From an uncultured Candidatus Saccharibacteria bacterium (GTDB lineage Bacteria; Patescibacteriota; Saccharimonadia; Saccharimonadales; JAGQNJ01), in NCBI GenBank assembly GCA_964491925.1, contig CAZBGZ010000003.1, forward strand, positions 22,234 through 86,233: a DNA stretch of 64,000 bases, in the 5' to 3' direction. Numbering within the stretch: position 1 is the first letter of the stretch; each line of letters opens with the position of its first letter. The position numbers were made by a program, and so were the translations under genes. A model generated the notes under the pieces. The model was not told where the DNA came from. It was given only the letters and a program-made list of their open reading frames with translations, and did not search any database. This document shows, in pieces, positions 10,583-18,833 of the stretch.

Positions 10583-11242
10583 ATGATCGGAGCAGACATT
10601 AAAACTTTCTTTATCCGGGCTAGTTTAGTCTTAGCAACTCTTGCACTGAGTATTGCTTTTATCCAGCCTATTTATGCTTTTACTCCGATCATGACAGATG
10701 ACGTTATGGGCGGGAATCAAAAGCCCTTCGAATCCTCCACTGAATCTACCAATTTAATTCGTTGGAAGCCATGCGGTACAATTGAATACGTCATCGACGT
10801 GACTGATGCACCAATTGGTTGGGTGCATGACATCCATGATGCTTTTAGAGCAGCCTCCGTGGCTACCGGCATACCTGTGCGCTATGCTGGGCGTTGGCCA
10901 CACGGACAGTCGCATAGCAGTCGTGACCCTGTGCTCGTCTATTATAAATACGATAAAGGGTTCCCTCAGCATAACGCAATAGCCTACACTCAGATGGATA
11001 AAGATTTAAGTGGACATTGGATAATTGGTGGATATATTATTGTTGATCCTGAGATTGCACAATTTAATCATCGATACCACAGAAGAACAATTTTCCATGA
11101 AGTTGGTCATGCATTTGGTTTGCCTCATCCAGGCTCGAGATACTACGGTGTTAGTGTTATGGGATATGCGAACGCACCTTACAAGCCCTTTGATCTTTGG
11201 ATGTTTAAATTTGTGGGGCGTCAGCCTATCGAATGTAGATAA
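10583..11242 (+). CDS. secreted zinc metalloprotease (metzincin, matrixin-like)
   Basis: 219 aa with an N-terminal signal/TM and the HEVGHAFGLPH (HExxHxxGxxH) zinc-binding motif. Confidence 0.75.
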   Translation: MIGADIKTFFIRASLVLATLALSIAFIQPIYAFTPIMTDDVMGGNQKPFESSTESTNLIRWKPCGTIEYVIDVTDAPIGWVHDIHDAFRAASVATGIPVRYAGRWPHGQSHSSRDPVLVYYKYDKGFPQHNAIAYTQMDKDLSGHWIIGGYIIVDPEIAQFNHRYHRRTIFHEVGHAFGLPHPGSRYYGVSVMGYANAPYKPFDLWMFKFVGRQPIECR

Positions 11243-11334
11243 TATAATTTCGTTAAACAAATACACTTGTGTTTGAGCTTATGCTATAATGTCCCCAGTT
11301 AAGCAGGTGAGCGGATACGCTTTATTATGGGAAA

Positions 11335-14300
11335 ATGAAAAACTTACGGAAAATCATAGCCTTAAACATTGTTTTTATTGCTGTTTTTGGCGTCTTTTTA
11401 CTGTTGGGCTCTCACAACGCCTTTGCAGCAACTTACACAGTTACGAATACCGATGATTCGGGGGCTGGATCGCTGCGCCAAGCTGTAGATGATGCTAACA
11501 ATAACGTCGGTCATGACCAGATAGATTTTAATATTGGTGCCGGCGTGCAAACCATAACCTTAGGGTCAACTATAAATGTTTCAGACCCTGTGAAGATTAA
11601 CGGTCTTTCAGCATCTGGCTCTGCGTGCAATGGCACGAGCTCAACGCTGAAAGTAGTTATAGAAAATAATGTCATAGGGTTAGGAGTCGGCGCAGCAGGC
11701 ACCGAAATAAACGGATTGGTTTTTGGCCAAGGCAACGCACTAATTGCGGATAGTGCAGATAACGCAATAATTCGGTGTAACTTTTTCGGCACGAACGCTG
11801 CTGGGACTGCAGCCGTAAGTAGCGGTAGTCATGGTGGGGTGTATACATACGGAGTCAGTGGAACAACTATCGGTGGTGATGCCGTGACTGATATGAATTT
11901 ATTTGGAAAGTACGCCATACACATCGAAGGCACCTCTCAGACTATAAAAAACAACATTGTAGGCACCGATATTACCGGCACTATGGCTCTCGGTATAGAT
12001 GACTACGGAGCTATTTTGCTCACAAATGTGTCGAATACAGTTGTCAGTAACAACCTGGTATCTGGAGCTACCGGTAGTGGAATACATTTTTATTATGGTA
12101 CAGACAGCGGCAATACAATTAAGGGAAATAAAATTGGTACAAATTATGCTGGTACTGCTGCGCTCCCAAATTCGGGTGCTGGTATCTCATCATGGGCTGC
12201 ACACAGTAATGAAATGATCGGGGGTCCAAACGAGGCAGATAGAAACATAATATCCGGCAATAGCGACTACGCTATTAAAGGCCTAAGCATAGGCGTAACG
12301 ATTCAAAACAACTTTATTGGTACAAATGCCGCAGGCGATGCGGCAATACCCAATGCCGTTGGTGTAGGAATTGATTGTGGGGATGCAGACTGTAGTAGTG
12401 CTCACATAATAGACAACGTCATTAGTGGTAATGGTAATAACGGGCTGTATCTTGGCGGAATCGGAAACCATCTTGGGGCGGTTGTTCAGGGCAATCACAT
12501 CGGCACCGACATAACTAACACTTTAGATCTCGGTAATGAACTAGATGGAATATTTGTAGGTACTGGAGGCGATAGTGGACGATTTCTCATTGGTGGTACT
12601 GGCGCAAACGAAGGTAACACCATTAGGTTTAATGGAGGTCATGGTATTGGTGTGAATTATTTCTCTGGCGGAAAAGCTAGTTTGCTAGGAAACAGTATAT
12701 CGGACAACGGTTTACTTGGCATAAGCCTAGGTAGTTTTGGAAGCCTTGAGAATGGTCTCAACCATACTGTCAACGACTCGGGGGATGGTGATACTGGACC
12801 AAATGATTTGCTTAACTATCCGATTGTTACGCAGGCTACAGATGTTTCTGGCCATACCAACCTTAATTTCGACCTTGACGTCCCTGCGGGTGATTACCGC
12901 ATAGAATTCTTTAGTAACACCGAGGCTGATCCTAGCGGTTATGGCGAAGGAGAGACATATTTGGGATACGAGGATATAACCAGTACAGGTACAGGTTCAC
13001 AAAGTTTTACCACTAGCGTGAGTGGCACAGGGCATACTCATTTAGCAGCCACAGCCACTTTAATAGATGGCGACAGCCCAAGTGGTTTCGGCCCAACTAG
13101 CGAATTTGGCAAGTTTGAACCAGTAACTGATCTAGAGGTTGCTAGTGACGACGGCGTAACAACAGTTCATTCAGGAGATAGCAATACTTACACTTTTACT
13201 GTAACTAACAATGGACCATCAGCTATTGATCACTTTAGGCTCAATAATGGCGATTTTATGGATGAACCGACATTTGAAGTTATTGCTGAAGGCTCTACTG
13301 CCTCGGATACCGGTAGCTTTAGCGGAAATGCCTGGGAAAAGGATTGGGACGGTACACTAGAGACCGGGCAAACCTTAGTTTTTCAAATCCACGGCGTAAT
13401 AGGTGGTGATAACTACGGCGATATACATTCTAGTCGTGCGTGCGTAGCTAACCTGGAGTTTGAAGGTAATAACACATCGGATTCTAACGAAGAAAACAAC
13501 TGTGGAACCGATGATGATACTAACTTTCCTGCTCCAGTCGCGGATGGAGAAATTACAAAAACATTGAATTCACCAGGCACAATTACAAACGGTCAGCAAG
13601 CTACCTATAAACTTACATATACTAATCATGGGCCAGATGTTGGTGGAGTAAACCCATTTTATATATATGACCTTTTGCCTCCAGGCTTAACGTTTGCTTC
13701 CGCGACTGACGGCGGAATACATCCTTTGGGCGATGACGGTATATACGTACCTTGTGATAGTAACCCCGAACAATCTTGCTGGATTATTGGTTCAGCCGGT
13801 TCTTCCCCTTGGGCTTCTCATCCTGGCTCGCTGATATATGCTGTATATATAGGCGGGCAAACCATTGGCCAAACCATTGGTGTAGGAGAGTCAGTAAGTC
13901 TAAACATCACGGTTGATGTTGCAGACCAAGAAGACGGTGCAACTGTTATAAACTGGGCTCTGTTGTTTGCCCCTAGCGACAGTGACCCAGAAGCAGGTGC
14001 TATTGAAGATTCATATGAGACCGAAGGTGGACCATTTGACCTTGTTAACAACGATATCACCCATCATACTTATAACCCTAATGTTCCTCCAGATGGCGAC
14101 CTAGATGGAGTAACTAATGCGGTAGAAAGCGCAGGACCAAATAATGGTGACGCCAATGACGATGGTATAACTGATGCCGACCAGCCAAATGTGGCGAGTT
14201 ATGTAGACAGTGTTACTGGGCAATATGTTGTAGTCGAATCTAGTTGCCCTGTTGTCTCAGGTGCGGGCGTGGTGGCTGAGTCTAGTGACGACCCAGATGC

Positions 14301-14784
14301 TGATTACAGCTATCCCGCAGGGCTCGTTAATTTCACCACAAACTGTAGTACGCCAGGCTCCGAAGCAACTATTACTCAGTATTATTATGGTTCATTTGAT
14401 CCAACCAAATTGGCACTGCGCAAATGGAACCCTAACACGCACACGTATACTTCACTAGAAGATGTAGACTTATCCAGCGTAACAGTTGGTGGTCACAGCG
14501 CCATCAAAGCCGTCTACCAAATCACCGATGGCAGCAGTCTCGACCAAGACGGTATAGCCAATGGGACAATTGTTGACCTGGTTGGGCCAGCATTATCGGC
14601 TGACGGGAGCTCTAGCGGTTCATCAAACGAATCAAGGAGCACTAGCTCAGCAAAAAATTCAAGTGACGACCTTGCCGATACAGGTGATAACACGGGGGTT
14701 GTGATAACTGCCGGTGTGGTCTTGCTTCTGGCGGGTGTAACAAGTTTGACCTTATGGGTTAAAACTTCTTCTCCAAGAAAGTAG
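11335..14784 (+). CDS. large cell-wall-anchored surface protein (beta-helix repeats, DUF11-like repeats, LAxTG signal)
   Basis: 1149 aa. Signal peptide ...AFA/ATYTVT and a GSLRQAVDDANNN motif paralogous to the 8608 protein. NNxIGTN beta-helix repeats. TVTNNGPS and TYTNHGPD repeat-domain motifs. C-terminal LADTG, a hydrophobic helix, then KTSSPRK. Confidence 0.75.
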   Translation: MKNLRKIIALNIVFIAVFGVFLLLGSHNAFAATYTVTNTDDSGAGSLRQAVDDANNNVGHDQIDFNIGAGVQTITLGSTINVSDPVKINGLSASGSACNGTSSTLKVVIENNVIGLGVGAAGTEINGLVFGQGNALIADSADNAIIRCNFFGTNAAGTAAVSSGSHGGVYTYGVSGTTIGGDAVTDMNLFGKYAIHIEGTSQTIKNNIVGTDITGTMALGIDDYGAILLTNVSNTVVSNNLVSGATGSGIHFYYGTDSGNTIKGNKIGTNYAGTAALPNSGAGISSWAAHSNEMIGGPNEADRNIISGNSDYAIKGLSIGVTIQNNFIGTNAAGDAAIPNAVGVGIDCGDADCSSAHIIDNVISGNGNNGLYLGGIGNHLGAVVQGNHIGTDITNTLDLGNELDGIFVGTGGDSGRFLIGGTGANEGNTIRFNGGHGIGVNYFSGGKASLLGNSISDNGLLGISLGSFGSLENGLNHTVNDSGDGDTGPNDLLNYPIVTQATDVSGHTNLNFDLDVPAGDYRIEFFSNTEADPSGYGEGETYLGYEDITSTGTGSQSFTTSVSGTGHTHLAATATLIDGDSPSGFGPTSEFGKFEPVTDLEVASDDGVTTVHSGDSNTYTFTVTNNGPSAIDHFRLNNGDFMDEPTFEVIAEGSTASDTGSFSGNAWEKDWDGTLETGQTLVFQIHGVIGGDNYGDIHSSRACVANLEFEGNNTSDSNEENNCGTDDDTNFPAPVADGEITKTLNSPGTITNGQQATYKLTYTNHGPDVGGVNPFYIYDLLPPGLTFASATDGGIHPLGDDGIYVPCDSNPEQSCWIIGSAGSSPWASHPGSLIYAVYIGGQTIGQTIGVGESVSLNITVDVADQEDGATVINWALLFAPSDSDPEAGAIEDSYETEGGPFDLVNNDITHHTYNPNVPPDGDLDGVTNAVESAGPNNGDANDDGITDADQPNVASYVDSVTGQYVVVESSCPVVSGAGVVAESSDDPDADYSYPAGLVNFTTNCSTPGSEATITQYYYGSFDPTKLALRKWNPNTHTYTSLEDVDLSSVTVGGHSAIKAVYQITDGSSLDQDGIANGTIVDLVGPALSADGSSSGSSNESRSTSSAKNSSDDLADTGDNTGVVITAGVVLLLAGVTSLTLWVKTSSPRK

Positions 14785-14790
14785 CTACTA

Positions 14791-15231
14791 TTATTTTGCC
14801 GGTGCTTTGAATTTTGGCGCAGCGAGCACCGTTATATGCCGTGCGTTGTTTTTGTTGGCTTCTTCGGGGTAAATAATAACCAGCAGGCCCTTTTTAACGG
14901 TGTCTGTGTTAGTCTTTTTGCTATTAAGGTATATCTCGGTGTCTTTTGTTATAGCAAATGTACTCGACTTCTTGCTTTTTATAGTAGTGACCGTGATAGA
15001 TGTTTTAGAAATGTCACTAACTTTACCAATAAAACTTGGGTTCGTAATTTGGCCAGATGTGTGGGCTTTAGCCCAAGCTTGGTCTTGCTTTTTTTGCACA
15101 TGACTACCAAGCTTATAACCAGTCGAGACTAGTGCTAACGAAATAACAATAACACTGAGTATAATGACCTTTTTTGATTTTTTTACAGATTTTTTTACTA
15201 TTAAATGTTCCACTAACCTAGTATACCTCAA
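14791..15231 (-). CDS. small N-terminally membrane-anchored protein, unknown function
   Basis: 146-aa ORF with a K-rich N-terminus followed by one TM helix. A TATACT box 6 nt before the internal GTG at 15213 suggests the real start may be there. Confidence 0.5.
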   Translation of the reverse strand: MRYTRLVEHLIVKKSVKKSKKVIILSVIVISLALVSTGYKLGSHVQKKQDQAWAKAHTSGQITNPSFIGKVSDISKTSITVTTIKSKKSSTFAITKDTEIYLNSKKTNTDTVKKGLLVIIYPEEANKNNARHITVLAAPKFKAPAK

Positions 15232-15251
15232 CTTGGGATTACAAAATTGTT

Positions 15252-15260
15252 TGCTACACT
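15252..15260 (+). promoter_or_regulatory. extended -10 promoter (TGcTACACT) of rsmA
   Basis: Lies 8 nt upstream of ATG 15269 with no SD sequence. Confidence 0.45.
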
Positions 15261-15268
15261 GATCTAAT

Positions 15269-16054
15269 ATGACTGGAGTTAAAAAGAGTTTGGGTCAGCA
15301 TTGGCTGCATGATGATAACGCACTTAGGGCTATGGTAGAGTCATCTTTAGTTAAAAAAACAGATAACATTCTCGAAATTGGACCAGGGCTTGGGACTTTA
15401 ACGGATGAACTCTTGAAAACTGGCGCAAAAGTGACTGCCTTGGAGTTTGACCATGAACTAGTACTGAAACTGCAGAAAAAATATTCAGGAAATGCCCAAA
15501 TTGACGTCAGAGAGGGTGACATTCGCAGGTTTGATTTTTCGTCTATGGCCCCCGGCTACAAAATAGTAGCGAACATTCCATACTATTTAACCGCTAACTT
15601 GCTGCGATCGTTGATCGATACAGACAACAAGCCGGTCATTGCATCGTTACTAGTGCAAAAAGAAGTTGCCGTGAGAATCGCCGCAAGACCTGGCCAGCTG
15701 TCTTTTATATCTGTTGCAACCCAAGTTTTTTATGATGCAATTCTCAGCGATTTAGTCCCGGCCCATTTGTTTGACCCACCACCAAAGGTGGATTCTCAGA
15801 TACTGATATTAGTGAAACGAGATCAGCCGTTGTTCAATAACCTAGATACAGCGGTATTTTTCAGGCTATTAAAGGCAGGATTTGATCAAAAAAGGAAAAA
15901 GATAAAAACCAGCCTAGCTGGTGGGCTGGGAGTAGGCAAGGGCGAAGTCACGAAACTGTTAGCCACTGCCAACATTCACAGCGATCTGCGCCCGCAAGAA
16001 CTAACCCTAGAACAATGGCACAAACTGTATTCTGTCTACCTGGCTTCCCTTTAG
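15269..16054 (+). CDS. rsmA: 16S rRNA (adenine1518/1519-N6)-dimethyltransferase
   Basis: 261 aa with SLGQHWLHD, the SAM motif LEIGPGLGTLT and NIPYYLT. Confidence 0.9.
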   Translation: MTGVKKSLGQHWLHDDNALRAMVESSLVKKTDNILEIGPGLGTLTDELLKTGAKVTALEFDHELVLKLQKKYSGNAQIDVREGDIRRFDFSSMAPGYKIVANIPYYLTANLLRSLIDTDNKPVIASLLVQKEVAVRIAARPGQLSFISVATQVFYDAILSDLVPAHLFDPPPKVDSQILILVKRDQPLFNNLDTAVFFRLLKAGFDQKRKKIKTSLAGGLGVGKGEVTKLLATANIHSDLRPQELTLEQWHKLYSVYLASL

Positions 16055-16189
16055 TCCCCCTACCCTACTGTTGTAAAAATAAAACACCTTCAAATAATTT
16101 ACCGTGTTTTCCGCTAATAGAATTTTCCATAATACTCCCCTATTTTTGATTTTGACACTTCCCCACTTTCATTTCCTAAAATAGCGCAA

Positions 16190-16207
16190 TTGTGAGATAT
16201 CTCACAA
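16190..16207. promoter_or_regulatory. perfect 18-bp palindrome TTGTGAGATATCTCACAA (operator-like)
   Basis: Read directly. The half-site AATTGTGAG matches the half-site of the symmetric lac operator. It lies just downstream of a TTGACA ... TAAAAT promoter-like pair at 16152-16182. Confidence 0.4.
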
Positions 16208-16219
16208 AAAGGGAGTAAT

Positions 16220-16262
16220 AAAAAAAGCACCAGTAAAACTGATGCATTTTTGGTGGAGCACC
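16220..16262 (-). repeat. duplicate of the tmRNA 3' end (GCTCCACCA) plus terminator
   Basis: Minus strand reads GGTGCTCCACCAAAAATGCATCAGTTTTACTGGTGCTTTTTTT. Compare the tmRNA end, GCTCCACCAAAAACGCATCTCAAAAGAGGTGCTTTTTT. The hairpin stems differ by compensatory changes. Confidence 0.55.
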
Positions 16263-16392
16263 TAGAAAAAAGTTCACCCCTCATCTTTGCAGAAATAGAA
16301 AGATGGCGTTATTTACTCTGGGACGAGTATATTGAGTTCAAGAGGGGACAAGAACCACGAAAGAAGTTACTTATCCCCTGAAGGTATACGCC

Positions 16393-17037
16393 CTAGGCAG
16401 CTATTTGATTAATGACTGTCTCAGCACCATCTGCATATACCAATAGTCGTTTCCGTGATGTGGAGCCTACGCCAACTACTCCATGGGGTTTTGTAGCAAA
16501 ACCAAACCCTTTATCTTCGTTTGGTGGCAGAACCAGACCATCGATAGCTACGAAGTCGGCACAACCGCTTATGACGATTATTTCATTGGAGTCAATTTTG
16601 GGCCTGCGACCATTTATTGTGTAGTGTAAATCTCCCTGTACATCCCAGTTAAATATCACTGCATGACCATCTAAAAAGTCTCTGTGCTCGTCAAGCACCA
16701 TGTCTTGCCTGGCTTCATGTCGCAATGAAACTTGTATCTTATTTGCGTCTGGACTATTTATACGATTAAAAAGCGATATGCGACCCATAGTGCGTGCCAG
16801 TGGACCAGCAACAGGATGTTGCTCCACTATGTCAGTAGAGCATTTGCCATTAGGAGGAACTGGTAACTTATCCATCAAGGCTAGAGCTTCAGGAGTCAGC
16901 ACGTCAGATATGTGAGCATAGTGGCCCTCGACAGGAGCTTTTGTGTATTCATGAACCCACAACATGTCCAAGTCTATAGGGTGCTGCAAATATGGTTCTA
17001 AAGCAGGGTCTGGATGAGCAAACTCTCTGATTAACAT
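16393..17037 (-). CDS. hypothetical protein (weak HxD...H pattern, possibly cupin/2OG-oxygenase-like)
   Basis: 214 aa. Its own TGgTATAAT box (17045-17053) sits 7 nt before the ATG. There is no recognisable family; DEHRDF...KPHGV is only suggestive. Confidence 0.55.
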   Translation of the reverse strand: MLIREFAHPDPALEPYLQHPIDLDMLWVHEYTKAPVEGHYAHISDVLTPEALALMDKLPVPPNGKCSTDIVEQHPVAGPLARTMGRISLFNRINSPDANKIQVSLRHEARQDMVLDEHRDFLDGHAVIFNWDVQGDLHYTINGRRPKIDSNEIIVISGCADFVAIDGLVLPPNEDKGFGFATKPHGVVGVGSTSRKRLLVYADGAETVINQIAA

Positions 17038-17107
17038 AATGTTTATTATACCATAAGAGATTTAATCTGTCGATAAGCTATAGTGTCCTACTTTAGGTTT
17101 CTGTGAA

Positions 17108-17138
17108 ACAAAAAAGCACCTCTTTTGAGATGCGTTTT
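17108..17138 (-). terminator. intrinsic terminator of ssrA
   Basis: Minus strand GCATCTC-AAAA-GAGGTGC followed by TTTTTT, immediately after the encoded CCA. Confidence 0.7.
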
Positions 17139-17546
17139 TGGTGGAGCTGCCGGTTACTGCCACCGGGTCCGCGGGATTATCTTTGTTAGTCGTCTACAGG
17201 TATATTCTGCTTAGTTGTCTTAGAAACCTCGTCTTTAAACAGACAAAATAACGAAGAATCGCAATCCTAAAGTCTTAGTCCAACTTACGGATCGTAAGCT
17301 GGAAGCAACCCTGGAATATAGCGCGTCGCATCACTACCAAGATATCGTGATAGACACGGCTTAAATAATTAAACTTAAGCGGTTGTGGCTACAGGTGCCT
17401 CGAAAGCAGTTTTTAGGCTGTTTACGAAAGCAACTGATAGACCACGTAATTTAGAATTTGCATCTAAAAAAGTTTACCTATAACGCTGATAAGCGACCTG
17501 CTGATCTAACTGATAAAGTCCTACGTCGAGCTTGAAATTCAGCCCC
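17139..17546 (-). ncRNA. ssrA: tmRNA (ssrA), one-piece, CCA encoded
   Basis: The 5' end GGGGCTGAATTTCAAGCTCGACGTAGGAC matches the tmRNA 5' consensus (GGGGCUGA...UCGACG). The 3' end CAGCTCCACCA pairs with it, giving the G3:U alanine identity pair. The putative tag ORF at 17461-17375, after TTTTTTAGAT, reads ANSKLRGLSVAFVNSLKTAFEAPVATTA*. Confidence 0.8.
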
Positions 17547-17603
17547 GTATCTGAGCTAGCGAAAATACACTAATACTCATAAGCTACCTCTGTAACTAAC
17601 TAT

Positions 17604-17612
17604 ATTATACCA
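17604..17612 (-). promoter_or_regulatory. extended -10 promoter (TGgTATAAT) upstream of ssrA
   Basis: The minus strand reads TGGTATAAT about 58 nt upstream of tmRNA G1. This implies a 5' leader removed by RNase P. Confidence 0.4.
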
Positions 17613-17700
17613 CTTATGCCATAAAATATGAACCTTATTACTTTTTTGAGGTAAATTATCCATAACCATATATAAAGCCCAGAAAGTCCTTGAGCCCATC

Positions 17701-17709
17701 TGCTACAAT
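17701..17709 (+). promoter_or_regulatory. extended -10 promoter (TGcTACAAT)
   Basis: Lies 9 nt upstream of ATG 17719. Confidence 0.45.
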
Positions 17710-17718
17710 GAAGACTCG

Positions 17719-18372
17719 ATGGATAACCACCCTACAAATCCTAAACTGAATAGAATTGCTTGGGCTCTCGGCATCTTTGTCTCATTGGTGGCAGTTCTTA
17801 ACTGGGGTCAGGGGATTGATTGGCAATTTTCTACAATAACAGCATATAGTCTATTCCCTCTTTTTGGATTACTAGCTTTTAGCCTGATGTGGACCCATTA
17901 TATCCTTGGTGCGATGCGGCGAAAAATGGCCGTAAACAAATCTGTTGTCAAAGACTATTTTACAATAACAGGTTGGGTTGTTCTGCTATTAATCTGTTTG
18001 CACCCAGGCCTACTTTGGTTTCAGTTATGGCGTGATGGTTTCGGCTTTCCGCCCAGCAGTTATCTGAATAATTATGTCGCGCCAACGCTAAAATGGGCAG
18101 CAATGTTAGGCACTGCGAGTTTGCTTATGTTTTTGGCATTCGAGTTCAAGCGTTGGTTTGGCAAGAAAAAATGGTGGGTTGCTATAGAATACGCTAATGT
18201 TGCTGCCATGTTTGCAATCTTGGTGCACAGCCTGAAGCTGGGCACAAATCTGCAAACCGGAGCACTAAGATTGGTATGGATTTTTTACGGCATAACATTG
18301 GTCATTTCTGTAGTTTATATTTACAGTGGTAAACATAGTGATAAAATAACGAAATTGAAAGGAAACCAATGA
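17719..18372 (+). CDS. integral membrane protein (about 6 TM helices, conserved His residues; possibly heme-b/ferric-reductase-like)
   Basis: 217 aa, hydrophobic, with His residues in several helices (MWTHYILG, CLHPGLLW, LVHSLKLG). The 4-nt overlap with the next ORF suggests an operon. Confidence 0.6.
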   Translation: MDNHPTNPKLNRIAWALGIFVSLVAVLNWGQGIDWQFSTITAYSLFPLFGLLAFSLMWTHYILGAMRRKMAVNKSVVKDYFTITGWVVLLLICLHPGLLWFQLWRDGFGFPPSSYLNNYVAPTLKWAAMLGTASLLMFLAFEFKRWFGKKKWWVAIEYANVAAMFAILVHSLKLGTNLQTGALRLVWIFYGITLVISVVYIYSGKHSDKITKLKGNQ

Positions 18373-18788
18373 AAAAAATAGTAGCAATAGTAGCCATAGT
18401 AATTTTCGTATTGATCGGCGGAGTTTTTATGTTAACTAGGGGTTCAAATGAAACGGTCGCACCAGAAACATCACCGGCCGAAAAAACTAAAGATATACCA
18501 GCAACAGGGGTTGATTCCGCAACATCAACGATTACCTATACTAATGATGGTTTTAGCCCTTCAACAATAACTGTATCTGCGGGTACGACGATTACTATAA
18601 AAAATGATTCATCTAAGAGCCTACAATTTGCATCCAACGACCACCCTACTCATACAAAAAATCCAGAACTAAACGGGTCAACAATCGACGCGGGGCAGTC
18701 ACAAACCATAACTGTCACCAAAACGGGGACGAGCGGTTATCATAATCACTTGAATCCCAGTGACACTGGTACAATTGTTGTCCAATAA
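18369..18788 (+). CDS. membrane-anchored extracytoplasmic beta-sandwich (cupredoxin-like fold) protein, no Cys ligand
   Basis: 139 aa with an N-terminal TM helix. The domain ITYTNDGFSPSTITVSAGTTITIKN...GYHNHLNPSDTGTIVV resembles cupredoxin-like domains but lacks cysteine. Confidence 0.5.
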   Translation: MKKIVAIVAIVIFVLIGGVFMLTRGSNETVAPETSPAEKTKDIPATGVDSATSTITYTNDGFSPSTITVSAGTTITIKNDSSKSLQFASNDHPTHTKNPELNGSTIDAGQSQTITVTKTGTSGYHNHLNPSDTGTIVVQ

Positions 18789-18833
18789 TCACTAGCAATA
18801 TTTTGTAACTACTAATAATGCTATAGTTATGGC

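Noticed and set aside
13857-13880. Short tandem repeat ACCATTGGCCAA/ACCATTGGTGTA (encoding QTIGQTIG) in the large surface-protein gene, considered as a possible CRISPR or VNTR.
   Set aside because: There are only two imperfect in-frame units inside a CDS, with no spacer architecture.
7032-15268. Prophage or integrative conjugative element spanning the surface-protein island.
   Set aside because: No integrase, transposase, phage structural or conjugation gene is present, and no identical DNA-level direct repeats flank it. Only the diverged rsmA remnant supports an insertion or replacement event.
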